In this document: positions 12,780-26,535 of the stretch, one piece after another
Numbering within the stretch: the stretch's first letter is position 1
How the letters are laid out: every line of letters begins with the position of its first letter
Assembly: GCF_006345805.1 (NCBI RefSeq)
Contig: NC_042997.1
Span: 144,460,001-144,524,000 of the forward strand
DNA: 64,000 nucleotides
Direction: 5' to 3'
From: Octopus sinensis
Lineage: Eukaryota
Notes under the pieces: model-generated
The model's database searches: none
Told to the model about the DNA's origin: nothing
What the model saw: the letters and a program-made list of their open reading frames with translations, nothing else
Program-made: the position numbers and the translations under genes

Positions 12780-14950
12780 TGTATATATATATAGATAGAT
12801 AGATGTGTATATATATATATGTATATATATATATATTGATAGATAGATGTATATATATATATATATGTATATGTGTGTGTGTGCTTGTGTATACATATGC
12901 CTCGTGTGTTTCATGTGATGTTACTCAAGAGATTTGCATTCTAAATTACAGTATTTGCCTTATCACTATCAGTTTTTGGTGATAAAATATATCTGTTTCC
13001 TCCCCTCCTATTTTGTCACATTTCAGATGGCTTTTCTGCATCTGTTTATACATTAAAGCATTAAATCTATACTGCACCATAAGCATCCATTTAAAATGGC
13101 TTTAATGAAAAATGAAACGCTGCTTGATTGGTTAGATTAAGCTATTGTGAGTATTGACTTTTGGAGACTATCATTGGTTTTTTTTTTTTCATCAGCTTGG
13201 ATGTATCTAGAAATTTCTTTTTATTTATTTACTTTCCCCGCCCCACCATAATTAGGTATGAATATTTTATGCCTTGATAGTTTTCCAAATGTTGCCATAA
13301 ACTGCTGTTATCTCAGTGACTTGCTTATTCTGTTTTATGCTGTAATCCAAATAACCGCTATACTCATCAATCTCAAATATAAAGCAAGGTTTGGTTTGGC
13401 TGTTGTTGATGTTGTAGTTGCTGCTTAATCCTAGATCAGTCTTGATTGAAGAAACCTATAATCAAAGGTGTTCCAGATGTGATATTATTTTCATTTTTCA
13501 GGCATAGTTTATCTAAGACTTCATTATCTAATGTATCCTTCCTTGCTCTTCTTTAACGCTGTATCACGCTTGATAGAGATATACCAATAATTAGAGGCAT
13601 ACAACCCAAGGTTAAGATGTCTGCTTCACTACCCGATGCTTTCAGCTCCAATTCCTCTGTACAGCAGCTTCAACAAATACTTTCTACCATAATCTTCGAC
13701 TGAGTTATGTTCTGTGAGAAAAATTGGATACATCAAAACTCTATGGAAACTGAATATATATGTACAACTGTGTGTGTATATATTGCTAATAATAATAATT
13801 TTGTCCTATAAGCACAAGGCCCAAAATTTTCAGTGTTCAATTAATAATTGCTTTATTAATCCCAAAAGGATGAAAGGCAAAGTCGACCTTGGTGGAATTT
13901 GAACTCAGAATGTAAAGACATGAAATGCTACAAAGCATTTTGCCCAGCATGGCAACAATTCTACCAGCTTGCTTTGTATGTCTGTGTGGTAAGAAGTTTG
14001 CTTCCCAGCCACATAGTTCTAGTTTCAGAAGCTTGTCTTTATGTGTGTGTGTGTGCACATGTATTTGTCTTTGTGTTTGTTCTACACCACAGTTTGGCAA
14101 CAAGTGTTGGTTTGTTTATATCTCCATAACTTAACAGTTTGGCAAAAGTGACTTATAGAATAAGTACCAGACTTAAAAAAAAAAATAATAAGTATTGGGG
14201 TTAATTCGTTTGACTAAACAATTCAAGGTGGTGCCCCAGCAAAGCTGGATTCCAATATACACTTGTGCCAGTTTCATGTAAAGAGCACCCATGCTGACAC
14301 CACATAAACAGATACAAATGCCAGTATCATGCGAACTGTGCCAATGCTGGCACCAGGTGAAAAGCACCCAGTACACTCTAGAAAATGATTGACATCAAGC
14401 TGTAGAAACCATGATAAAACAAATGACCGGAGCCTGGTGCAGCCCTCCAGCTTACCAGCTGCTTGCCAAACTGTCCAACCCATGCCAACATGGAAAACAG
14501 ATATTCTTTTCTACTCTCGGCACAAGGCCCAAAATTTTGGAGGAGGGGGGGCTGGTCAATTAGATCGACGCAGTATGCAGCTGGTACTTAATTTATCGAC
14601 CCCCAAAAGGATGAAAGCAAAGTCAACCTCAGCAGAATTTGAACTCAGAACAAAAAGACTAAGCATTTTGCCTGGTGTGCTAACGTTTCTGCCAGCTCAC
14701 CACCTTAAAATAAGAATCTTTTCTACTCTAGGCACAAGGCCCGAAATTCTCGGGAAGGGGCCCAGTTGATTAGATCAACCCCAGTACGTAACTGATACTT
14801 AATTTATCGATCCCGAAAGGATGAAAGGCAAAGTTGACCTCAGTGGAATTTGAACTCAGAATGTAAAGACAGACAAAATACTACTAAGCATTTTGCCTGG
14901 TGTGCTAACGTCTCTGCCAGCTCACTGCCTTCATGGAAAACAGATATTAA

Positions 14951-14951
<1 letters not shown>

Positions 14952-15015
<64 letters not shown>

Positions 15016-15041
15016 GGTGGTGGTGGTGGTGGTGGTGGTGG
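14952..15041. repeat. Compound microsatellite (GAT)n(GGT)n
   Basis: Directly visible; explains the spurious poly-His ORF 14840-15133. Confidence 0.95.
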
Positions 15042-15442
15042 ATCAAATGTTTAAGATTATGGGTCTGACCAATTAGTGATGATGATCTGGGACCAAATAA
15101 CAAGTGGAAACCTCCCCACACACACACATTCACATATATATCTTTTCACTAACAATCAACTCTTTGACCAAATGAGCAATGGAATTCAGATAAACAATCA
15201 ACAGTCATTAACTGTTTGATGGTGTTCTATGAAGACATAAACTAGATCCCCTATAACGAACCTAAATGTAAGGTATTCATAGTGGGTAGGGGTAACTCAA
15301 TGAACTCCCTGAATTTAATATTGCAATATTTTTCATATATATATACAAACATATCTACTCACATATATACATGTATGTGTGAGTATATATATAATTTATA
15401 GGAAAGATCTTGGTAAATAGCTACAAGGTAGCTAAATGTTGC

Positions 15443-16392
15443 TTAACCAATGGGTCCATCGGACCCTCAAATTAAATTCATATGGTTCAGTTGTGCTTTT
15501 CAATATACCTAGACATGAAAACTTGAGTGAAGACCAAATATCAAAAAGGTTATTGGAATTAGATGAAGAATGGGAAGAAGATAATAGGGATTCCTTCTAT
15601 TTCTCTGAAGATGATGGTGAAAGTGATTGTGTGCTGGACAGTTTAGGTTCTGTGTCATCAGATGACGACGATATTAAAAAATCAATTATCTGCAAGCCAC
15701 CCAATTATGAATGAACAATATTTTTCTAGAGACAGATAAGAAGTTTGGCATTCTAATCCTCTTACCCAAGCAGCAATAAGAACTTCATCTTGCAATATTG
15801 TGCGCCAAGAATGTGGACCATCCCGTTTTGCTAAAAGGTCTTGCAATAGCATTGAAACATGTTTTACTATCTTTATGTGCCAGAATCTTCTTGAAGTAAT
15901 TCGTAAATGGACAAATGTTGAAGGTCAGGTTATTTACAAAGATAAATGGAAGGAAATTGATCACTCTGAACTAAAGAAATTTATTGGACTGATCATTCTT
16001 ATAGGTGTTTATGGATCTAAACATGAAAATGTCACACAGTTGTGGAGTCAAGAAGATGGCCGCTCAATATTCAACAAAATTATGAGCCGGGGAAGATTTC
16101 AACAGATTTTACAAGTATTGCATTTTGATGATGCTAGTGCAAGAAGAAAAAAGAGAAGTGATGATAAATTGGTGCCCATAAGAGAAGTATTCCAAATGTG
16201 GAACCAGAACTTGCAAGATGGATGTGTTCCAAGTACATGCATGACAGTTGATGAACAATTAGTTTCATTCAGAGGGTGCTGCCCATTCCAGGTATATATT
16301 CCTTCAAAACCAGGGAAATATGGAATTAAAATTTGGGCAATATGCGACAGTGAAACATCTTATGCCTGATAAAATGCGAATCTACACTGGTA
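15443..16392 (+). mobile_element. piggyBac (PGBD-type) transposase remnant, 3'-truncated
   Basis: Acidic N-terminal part (15436-15714), then ...MSRGRFQQIL..LHFDD...TVDEQLVSFRG.CPFQVYIPSKPGKYGIKIWAICDSETSY, the piggyBac DDD core region; disrupted by frameshift/stop; TTAA at 15443-15446 is a possible left target site. Confidence 0.9.
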
Positions 16393-16639
16393 TGATCTAT
16401 AATATTGTATTATATGATTACTACACCTACTCTATCATCGACATGTTTCGATGGATGCATTCAAAATAAATCTGACAGAATGAATAATGTGAAGAAGATA
16501 AACAACATCAGGGAGGAGATAAACAAGAGTGCTCATCAAATAGACATCTTAACAGATATAAGAAGCCCCAGAAAATGTGATGTACATATATGCATACACA
16601 CACACACACACTTACATGCAACATATGTATACATATATG

Positions 16640-17450
16640 TACTACAAAATTAGAAAATGGAGAAACATACTTAAATCAATAAAACATCAACTATCAGATG
16701 ATACCCAATCAATACTTTATTACACCATTACATATCAGTAAAGGCATTATACAAAATATATAGTAAATATAAATAGACAAGGAAATAGAAATATAAAATA
16801 TAATATGTAATTATATCATATCTGACAGCTGTTTCGGCAGTAAGGGCAGTCATACCTCATTTAACCTATAAGCCATAAAGGCAGGTATAAATGAGGCATT
16901 ATCAAGGATGCCCCACGGCCTCTTCAGAGAATTTAATTTGTTATAATTGTGAAAAAATTATTTTTCCATATACATATAAATATAAAAATATAAAAATGTA
17001 AAATATAAAAACTTGTGCATAAACTCCATAATGCTACACATATATAATACTCATTGATACAATAATGCAAGGTAAACAAAACAAAATAAAACAAAATATA
17101 TGATATAATTACATATTATATTTTATATTTTATATTTCTATTTCCTTGTCTATTTATATTTACTATATATTTTGTATAATGCCTTTACTGATATGTAATG
17201 GTGTAATAAAGTATTGATTGGGTATCATCTGATAGTTGATGTTTTATTGATTTAAGTATGTTTCTCCATTTTCTAATTTTGTAGTATTAATTTACGGTAA
17301 TATTATTACCTTTGCCCATATAATACAATAGATGAACTAATTGCTTGGCAATTTTTAACATCTATGTATTAGTCTCGTTGGGTACCTATCTAGCAGTATA
17401 TTGGATATATGTTATCCCATGGTGGGTTGAATTTTCAACCCCTATCTCAT
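16640..17450. mobile_element. Penelope-like element remnant with inverted (foldback) pseudo-LTR
   Basis: Near-perfect ~180-bp inverted repeat 16640-16821 / 17098-17286 (7-nt indel) enclosing a minimal hammerhead motif, the known PLE pLTR hallmark. Confidence 0.75.
16821..16930 (-). ncRNA. Type I minimal hammerhead ribozyme (PLE-type)
   Basis: Minus strand: TCT-CTGAAGA-GGCCGTGGGGCA...TGCCCTTACTGCC-GAAAC-AGCT-GTC^AGA. Core boxes intact, long stem II, palindromic stem III ACAGCTGT, 3-bp stem I. Confidence 0.85.
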
Positions 17451-18155
17451 TTTATATACATATATGTATATATTTATTAATATATATATACATATATACA
17501 TATGTGTGTGTGTGTGTATTTACTTATTTCATAAACCTTGAAAAAAATGAAAGACAAAGTCATCCTCGATGGAATCTGAACTCAGAACACGAAAACAAAT
17601 CACTGCAAAGCAGTTTGCACACTATGCTAACAGTTCTGCCAGCTCACTATCTTAATATTAATTTCATATTTTGGCACAGGGCCAGCAATTTCAGGAAAGG
17701 AGTAAGCCGATTTGATTGACCCCAATGTTTCACTGGTACTTATTTTATCAACCCTGAGAGAGAGGGAGAGAGAGAGAGAGAGAGGTGGAGAGGAAGGGAA
17801 GGAGAGAATGTGAGAAACATTAGAATGTCTGATGTCAAATAAGTTAATGCTGAATCAGTGACACCAAATATGCAACCCTGAAACAGCTGTACCCAAAATG
17901 TCTCAAAGTCATTTAATATGTGTTCTAATTGCATAAGAAAATATACATAAGGATATATTTTGTCTTTTAGTATCATATGGTAGCAGTGCAATATCAATTT
18001 TGAGATATTGGTGCAGGTATGGTTGTGTGACAAAAACATTGCTTTCCTAGCACATGGTTCTGGGTTAAATCCCACTGTGTGATGCACCTTCTACTATTGC
18101 CTAGGTCCAACCAAAACCTTGTGAGCAGATTTGGTAGACAAAAACTCAAAGAAGT

Positions 18156-18202
<47 letters not shown>

Positions 18203-18247
18203 GGGGGGGTAAATGGATATATATATATATATATATATATAAATATA

Positions 18248-19889
18248 TCTCTATTTATAAAACTGAAATGCGAAAAGTTTGTTTGTTTGTTTGTCTGGTT
18301 TTGGCATTGAGAACGGGTTAAAGGCCACTAGATCCCGTCGGATTGACTCCAAAATTTACAGGGACATGTAAAAGGTGTCGTTGTTAGGGCCAAAAACGCA
18401 CTTTGACAAGTCTACTCTCATTCTTTTATGTATCTGTCTTCCTCCGTCACTCACTCTCTTTCCTCCCTTACCATCTCTTTCTATATATAACGTCGTCTAA
18501 CAGCGTCTAACTTCCCTTCACTTTCTCTTTATAACGTCGTGTCATGGCGTTCTATATCTCCCCTCCTCCCCGTCTTCCACAGCGCTTTCACACACTCTCT
18601 CTCTCTCTACGTCTGTCTGCATTCATAGAGAGAATTATCATTGCCACCACAATCACACAATCATGAGAACAAATATTATGAATCTGATAGTTATTGGGTT
18701 AATTTATATATGTGTGTGTGTGTTCTATATATAAATATGTATATATAATGTATATATACAAAGTGTATAAATCTGTATTTATGTATATTAAACTTTTTAA
18801 AACTTTTTGATAGTTATATATATTTTTAAAAAATTATAAATATAAATTAATAATTTTAATTTTAAATTTAAATAATTTAAATTTTTCAATTTTATATTTT
18901 ATATATTTTGTACATTATATTTTTATGTTTTAGGTTTGTTTTTCACTGTTTGATTTGCCTATTAGTGGTTTTATCTCTAATTTAATTTATACATATATAT
19001 ATATAATTTGTATACATTTGTATATATAATGCGTGCACGCACACACACAAACACACACATATATACATATATATATATATAATGTGTGCATTATGTGGTC
19101 GGTTGAGCTGAAAATATGCACACCTATGTTAAAAGTGCTGGCAAGTTTGCATGACAACTATTTTTTTCCTCAAATGAAAGGCGTGACCTCTAGGACAAAA
19201 TTCCTCATCTTATAAAATGTGGCCTCAGTTGACTCGATTGAAATCGGGTTATATTAACCAAAATGTGAAAAGGGGGCTAAATGGGGCTGGAAGGGGATTC
19301 AAATTTAAAGGAGCGGGTGTTTACGAATTCTCTGTTACATCAAGCTAAAAAATTTGCGCCAGCCTTTTAATCGTCAATGTGTTGCCATCCATGATGAAGA
19401 AGTTTTGAATGCTTGCCATCGTGAGTCTACTGTCGTGAGAAAGAATCACTTCAAAACTTGGTGTTTAGTAATTTTCTTTTACATCAAGTTCAAAATTTTA
19501 CGCCAGCCGTTAAACAGTCAATACGTTGCTGTCCGTCGTTAAGAAATGCCAGCCATGGTGACTCTACTATCCTCACATTCTATCCCTTCAAACTTTGGTT
19601 TCCAAAATTTTATTATTTTTATTCAGCTCGCAAGTTTGTCTGTCCCTTTGAAATGTTAGTGTTTTGCTGTCTGCCTTGAAGCAGACCTTTCCGTTATCAC
19701 TGCCTGATATTTGTGATTGATCTTTCAAAATATTTTATTTCTCAACTTACTCAAGATCTTTTGTTGTTTATAAATGGGAGAGAGATAGATAAAGATAGAG
19801 AGTAAGAGAAAGCAAGGGAGAGTCCGAGAGAAAAGAAAAGTAAGAGAGTGGGAAAGTGAGAGAGAAAGGAGAGAGAATCAAAGAGGGAG

Positions 19890-19920
<31 letters not shown>

Positions 19921-20281
19921 GTTTAACGTCCGCTTTCCGTGCTAGCACGGGTTGGACAGTTTGACCGGGGTCTGGGAAGCCAGGAGGCTGCACCAGGCTC
20001 CAGTCTGATCTGGCAGTGTTTCTATAGGTGGATGCCCTTCCTAACACCAACCACTCTGTAAGTTTAGTGGGTGCTTTTTTCGTGCTGCCGGCACAGGTGC
20101 CAGGGGGGCTGGCAGCGACCATGATCGGTTGGTGCTTTTTTCATGCCACCCGCACAGAAGCCAGTCAAGGCAGCGCTACAATCGGCCACATTCGGATGGT
20201 GCTTTTTACGTGCTGAAAGGAAGCAACAGAAAGTAACAACTACACTCTTACCCGCGCGTAGAGCAGGTCACCTTAAGCTAG
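18248..20281 (+). mobile_element. Non-autonomous Helitron (~2 kb) with nested RTE 3' fragment
   Basis: A|TC start (tctctatttataaaa...gtttgtttgtttg), 3' imperfect hairpin acccgc...gcaggt then CTAG|T at 20278-20282. Confidence 0.65.
19892..20214 (-). mobile_element. RTE LINE 3' fragment
   Basis: (CAT)n tail + gtttaacgtccgctttccgtgctagc...ggatgcccttcctaacaccaacc. Confidence 0.8.
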
Positions 20282-20594
20282 TATATATATATAAATAGAT
20301 TGATATATGTGTGTGTGTGTGCATGCACACACGTGTGTATGTGTGTGCATGTGCCTGTGTTTGTTCCCCACCATCACTTGGCAACAGATGTTGGCGTGTT
20401 TACATCTCCATAACTTAGTGGTTTGGCCAAAGAGACCGACAGAATAAGTACTGGGCTAAAAAAAAAAGTTCTGGGATCAATTCGCTTGACTAAAAATTCC
20501 TCACAATGTGGTGCCCCAGTATGGCCACAGTCTAATGACTGAAACAAGTAAAAGATAAAAAATAAGAAATAAAAATATGTAGCATTATTTGTAT

Positions 20595-20814
20595 GCATGG
20601 CTGCATGGTAAGAAGCTTGCTTCTCAAGCACATGGTTCTGGGCTCAGGCCCAATACATGGCACATTGGGCAAGTGTCTTCTACTATAACTTCAGGCGAAC
20701 CAAAGCCTTGTGTGTGGATTTGGTAGATGGAAACTGAATGAAGCCTGTGGTATATATATGAATGTATGAATGTAAGTATGTATGTATGTATGTATGTATG
20801 TATGTGTGTGTATA

Positions 20815-20850
<36 letters not shown>

Positions 20851-21100
20851 TGTATGTATGTATGTTATGTCTATATTTATGTGTGTCTTTGTATCTATGT
20901 TTCTCACCCCATTACCACTTGTCAACTGGTTTGGTGTGTTTATGTCCCTGTAACTTAGCAGTTCAGCAAAAGGGAATGATGGAATAAGCACTAGGCTTTA
21001 AAAAAATAAGTCTTGGGGCTGATTTGTTTGACTAAAAGCCTTCAAGATGGTGCTCCAGCATGATCACTGTCAAATGACTGAAACAAGTAAAAGAATAAAG
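20595..21100 (+). mobile_element. tRNA-derived SINE, family A, with expanded (TATG)n
   Basis: Same head/core/tail as 11604-11975. Confidence 0.8.
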
Positions 21101-21428
21101 AATGTCATTGTTGTTGTTGCTGTTGTTATTGTTGATGTTGCTGCTGCTGCTGTTGCTGTCATCACTATTGTTGTTTATCCTCAAGTCACACCTGATTAAG
21201 CAAACCTATGATCAAAGGTGATCCACTTGTGGCCACTCCATATATTTGTTCAGACTGTGTTATCCAAAGAGTCCTTTAATATCTTTGAACAGTAATTACA
21301 AAATCTGTCGGCTGGAATAGCTAGAAGTCATTAGCATTAATTCTTGTTATAATGGTCTTATAATTTTAATCTCTGTATTATTAATGTATGCACGTTTGTA
21401 TGCATATATGCCAATGTGAATTTGCGTG

Positions 21429-21488
<60 letters not shown>

Positions 21489-22236
21489 GTGTGTGTGAGC
21501 GTGTCGCTGTGAAAGCTTGTGTGAATGTGTATGTATGAATATATATGTGTGAATGTATATGTGTGAATGTGTGTGTGTGTGCATGCACACAGACTATCCT
21601 GCCTTTACTGCAGATGTCAACATCTGTGCTATTATATATAATATCGTATGAAATAATATTTTATGACATATTTGAAATATAATTCTCACAACTGAGATAT
21701 CCATTTTAGCAATATCTATTTATAATTTCTTTTTTCTTCAGAAAATTTCCTTTTATCTTATAAAAGAGAATTATTGTTTTTATTTTTCAATATTGATGTT
21801 TATTTTATCATCCTTTCTATCTGTTTCCTTTTTTCTTTTTATTTTCCCCAAGCTCCTGCATAAACAAGATTGCCTTTCAGTTAGAAGCAACAAGTTTAAA
21901 AAATTAATATTGCAGTATTCTGGTGCATTAGCAATCATAATGCAGTAAAACCCAGTTGCAACACAATTTATGAAATGACAAGCCAACAATATTATATATA
22001 TAAGGTCACTTGAGCTGCTAGAAACAACCACCAAGTATCTTAGATTACATCCTATGGCAGTCATTCCTAACCGTTTTATATTAAGAAAACCCTTTTTATT
22101 TAAATGGACTTTCCCAAAGGGTTTTGAAAGGTCTGTCTACTCAACAAATTCTGCACTGAGTTCCTGGACCCAAGTACTTTTATTACAGACACCCAGGAGT
22201 CTATGGATTACAGGTTCAAAACCACTCCCTGACAGT

Positions 22237-22625
22237 CTTACTCTTTTATTTGTTTCAGTCATTTGCCTGCAGCCATGCTGGAGCACCACCTTTATAGTCG
22301 AGTAAATTGACCCCAGAGCTTATTCTTTGTAAGCCTAGTACTTATTCTATTAGTCTCTTTTGCCAAACCGCTAAGTTATGGGAATGTAAACACACCAGCA
22401 TCGTTTGTCAAGCAATGCTTGCAGGGACAAACACATACACACACACACATATATATACATATACGATGGGCTTCTTCCAGTTTCCGTCTACCAAATCCAC
22501 TCACAAGGCTTTGGTCGGCCCGAGGCTATAGTAGAAGACACTTGCCCAAGGTGCTATACGGTGGGACTGAACCCGGAACCATATGGTTTGTAAGCAAGCT
22601 ACTTACCACACAGCCACTTCTACAC
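22237..22625 (-). mobile_element. tRNA-derived SINE, family A
   Basis: Full reverse-complement copy. Confidence 0.85.
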
Positions 22626-23217
22626 CTATGTCTTAGTAGAATATTTTATTTCACTGTTAAGGGCAGTGAGCTGGCAGAATTGTTAGCACATCAGACAAAA
22701 TGTTTAGTGGCGTTCTGAGTTCAAATTCTGCTGGAGTTGACTTCGTCTTTCATCATTTTGGAGTTGAGAAAATAAGTACCAGTTGACCCTGGGGTTGATG
22801 TAATCTGCTTAGCCCCTTCTCCAAACCTGCTGGCCTAGTGCCAAGATTTGAAATTGCTATTTTACTGTCTAATTAAAAGAAACAAAAAATTTGTTAGGAT
22901 GATCATGATTACTGTACAGATCAGTGGTTTCCAACCGTTTCACTACCAAAGACCCATTTTATTTAAATGAGTTTTCTCATGAACCCCTTTTAATAGTCTA
23001 TCCTTCTTTTTTTATTCTTTTATTTGTTTTAGTAATTTGATTGTGGCCATGCTAGAGCACCACTTTTAGTCAAACAAATCAACCGCAGGACTAATTCTCT
23101 GTAAGCTTAGCATTTATTCTATTGGTCACTTTTCTGAACCTCTAAGTTATGGGGACGTAAACACACCAACATCGATTGTCAAGTGATGGACAAACACAGG
23201 CACACAAACAAATCTAT

Positions 23218-23251
<34 letters not shown>

Positions 23252-23689
23252 GTATGTATACGATGGGCTTCTTTCAGTTTTCATCTACCAAATCCATTCA
23301 CAAGGCTTTGGTCAGCCCAAGGCTTTGGTCAGCCCAAGGCTTTAGTAGAAGACACTTGCCCAAAGTGCCACACAGTGGGACTGAACCCGGAACCATGTGG
23401 TTCGTAAGCAAGCTACTTACCCCTTCATTTCTTCTTTTCTTCCTCATGTTTGGATTGGCGAGCTCCTTCGTAAGTTTTAAAGGAGAGATCTATCATTTTC
23501 TTTCAATTTTGTAATAAACCTTCTCTTTTACAAGAAATTATTTTTATTTCTAAAAGTGGTAGCTTAATGTCTTTAAAGACAGTGCTGAGAATATATGGGT
23601 GTGTTTGTATGTATACATGCACATGCATACATGCATACATGCATATACATACATACATACATACATACAAACATACATCAGCACAAAGA

Positions 23690-24165
23690 CTACTAGTGGA
23701 ACATTCCCATCAAAGCATTTCTCAAGTGTAAGCATAACAGGCCGGATATAGTTATTTGAGACAACAAGAAAAAGTATGTAACGTCATAAGGGTCAGCTGT
23801 CCTACCGATGCGAATATCTCTTTAAAAGTCAAAGAAGAAGAAGATAACTATGGACAACTGCTTTGAAACCTCCAGCTTCTATATCCGGATTACAAATTTA
23901 CATTTATACCAATAATAATTGGAGAGCTTGGTTTTGTAAGTAAATGCCCAACTGTCAGTCTGGATAAGCTTGGATTTTCAGAAAAGGAAATCAACCGACT
24001 GATTCGCACATTACAAATGCAATCTGTAAGCAGAACAGTAAAACAATACAAGACTTTCCTCAGGTTTAAAATGTGACATTGTTTTCATTATCTACATTCC
24101 AAAGATGGAGCTCTGTATCTTTGCTAGAAACCAGCTCCTTCTTCAGAGGAAGAATTTAAATGATT
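23690..24165 (+). mobile_element. 3' fragment of an RLE-type non-LTR retrotransposon (R4/Dong-like)
   Basis: Decayed translation KCKHNRPDIVI*D...VSCPTDANIS...NLQLLYPDYKFTFIPIIIGELGFV: restriction-like endonuclease PD-(D/E) motif. Confidence 0.75.
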
Positions 24166-24735
24166 AAATACAGAAGGCACACACATGTACACGCCTACAC
24201 ACACATACACACACGTGTGTGTGTGTGTGTTTCTTTGTGTCTGTGTTTGTCCCCTACTTTGTTTATGTTCCTATAACTTACCAGCTCAGCAAAACTGATG
24301 AAGAGACTGATATTAGTACCAGACTTAATAAATAAGTACCAGGCTCGATTTTCAAAGTAGTGGCTGCAGTCCAATGACTAAAACAAGTGACAGATAAAAG
24401 GTAATGTTTGAACATTGTCTGAAGAATATTTAATGAATAATTTTATGGCTGGTCATTCTAATTGTGACTATGAATTTTTAATTATTTCCATCTAATTTTT
24501 TTGTGTGTAACAACAACAAATTTTTAAAAATCAAGAATTTATAAGAAAGAAAACTTCATGAAGTTTTTCACTAAAATAAAAAGGGAAGAATATTAAAACT
24601 ATTGTCCTTCCCTGTGGCTGTTATTTAAAACTTTAACTATGTGTGGTCCTTTCTTTCTTTATTCTCACTGAATTTCCAGTTATTATTCTAACTAATTTCA
24701 CTCACTTTCCCTCCTTCTCTCTCTTTCTATACCGT

Positions 24736-24820
24736 GTATTTATAATTATCACAGTGGCTATATTATAATTAACACAGTTGTTATATTATAATTAACACAG
24801 TTGTTATATAATAATTAACA
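24736..24820. repeat. 23-bp tandem repeat (tatattataattaacacagttgt) x~3.5
   Basis: Directly visible. Confidence 0.85.
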
Positions 24821-25384
24821 TTGGGGTCATGTTAACTACATTAAAATTAAAATATTGCTGTTTAACCAGAGGTTGGTTCAGAATGAACAATCATCTAATA
24901 GAAAGCTTTCCACTCAATTATCTTTTTTTGTTCTTCATTACATTATCTAATATGCTCATTTTTTTTCTTTTACACTGTAGTGTGTAGTTTCAGGGAGATT
25001 TGGCTACTATTTTTCTTCGACCCCAGTGAATATGTGGAGGCTCCCTCTTTGACTCATATAATCACCACTTTCAATGGTTGACTCTTTTTGTTATAAAGAC
25101 AATAGATTTCTTATTTCATTTCTGTATGAAGAGCCACAACTACATATTTTCCTCCTCCTCGTTGTCATTGTCTCCTCTTCGTCCTCCCCATCATCATTGT
25201 TCCTTTCCTCTCCTTTGCCCTCCTCCTCCTCCTCCACCTCGTTGACATTGTCCTCCTCTTCGTCCTCCCCATCATCCTTGTTCCTCTCCTCTCCTTTGCC
25301 TCCTCCTCATTGTCATTGTCCTCCTCTTCCACCACCACCTTGTCATCCTCCTCCTCTGCCACTCTCCACTCCCACAGCAACACT

Positions 25385-25790
25385 ACTGAGAATCAACTCA
25401 GAACGGACGATACGTTCCATTTCCCCCAGATTGAGCCAATCACCGCAAGGAATCTAAATACGACATTTATATACAGATGACTTAAATGACTCAAAATAAG
25501 CTCTGAGCTTTGGATTTAGTGACTTTGAAGCTAAAGAAAACGATTTTCACTTTTTTGCTCTTCAAAATCCAATTAACAGTCATACTGAAAATATAGCACA
25601 GAAGAAACATCCTCCGTAAAATAGTCAACTCCTCCCCACTTATCATCATGAATGACTTGTCAGACACTGCTCTAGATGTTGAATAAAGCCTTTTTGCATT
25701 GACCTCGCCTCTATCATTACTGTTTATGAAAGCCATCGTTGAATGCTACTACTTAAATATATCAGAAATTCTAAACAGATCCAAAGGAAG
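25385..25790 (+). pseudogene. Possible hAT (SPIN/GTF2IRD2-like) transposase remnant
   Basis: Decayed frames read NQL..D.FHFPRL ... FSDFEAKENDF..F..QNP, resembling the hAT C-terminal HFP..RFSDF..NPF segment; multiple stops. Confidence 0.35.
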
Positions 25791-26535
25791 TAGTAATTCA
25801 TTGTAAAACCCAGCCATATCAACTCCATTGAATCCTTTAGTATTTAAACTGACCATGTCTGACCCATATATTCTACTATCTATTTTATGATCAAACTGGC
25901 AAGATCCTGCTTCTCACACCTACTCTACAATGTCATTTTGAAAATGTACAATCCCTTCATTGAAATCTCAATGCTACAACACAATTAACAATGACAGTGG
26001 CAGTGATAATGATGGCAATAACAACAACAACAACTTCTACGATGGCAACACTGTGGGCGAACACACATACACAGAAGAATACAGGAACTGTATCATATTT
26101 TTATTTCGGGTCTCAGGAGAGCAGCAGCACAATGGGGTGAGAGGATGGGGCTGAGGGGAAGGCCACACTGCTGCTAAAAACTTATACATACAAGCATACG
26201 CACACACAAACAAAGACACAAACACATGTGCACATAAGGATACACATCTTAGAAGAACAGAAAGGAGTAAGTGGAGCAAGAACACACACAAAAACGAAAA
26301 GTGTCACTGAAGAGGTCACAGATGTGTAACAAAAGATTTCCTGACAATGGACATCAGTTAAAATAAGAACAGTAATAAACGAGTGAAGAAAAAATAAAGT
26401 GTGTGTGTTTACTTGGCAAAAAAATCTTAATATATAAAGTACTGTGTCTTAATGCATGCTCAAACCTCTGGATCAATCTGTACCATACTTGGGATGGAAA
26501 GATTAAAAAAATTTTATTAAAAATGAATAATATTG

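Noticed and set aside
14840-15133. Poly-histidine ORF
   Set aside because: Translation of the (GAT)n(GGT)n microsatellite plus SINE.
15436-16369. Domesticated PGBD gene
   Set aside because: Frameshift, stops and truncation shortly after the first catalytic Asp region.
16436-16515. Third hammerhead-like motif (minus CTGATGT...CGAAACATGTC)
   Set aside because: Core reads CTGATGT rather than CTGANGA, and stems I and II do not pair convincingly; at most a decayed relic.
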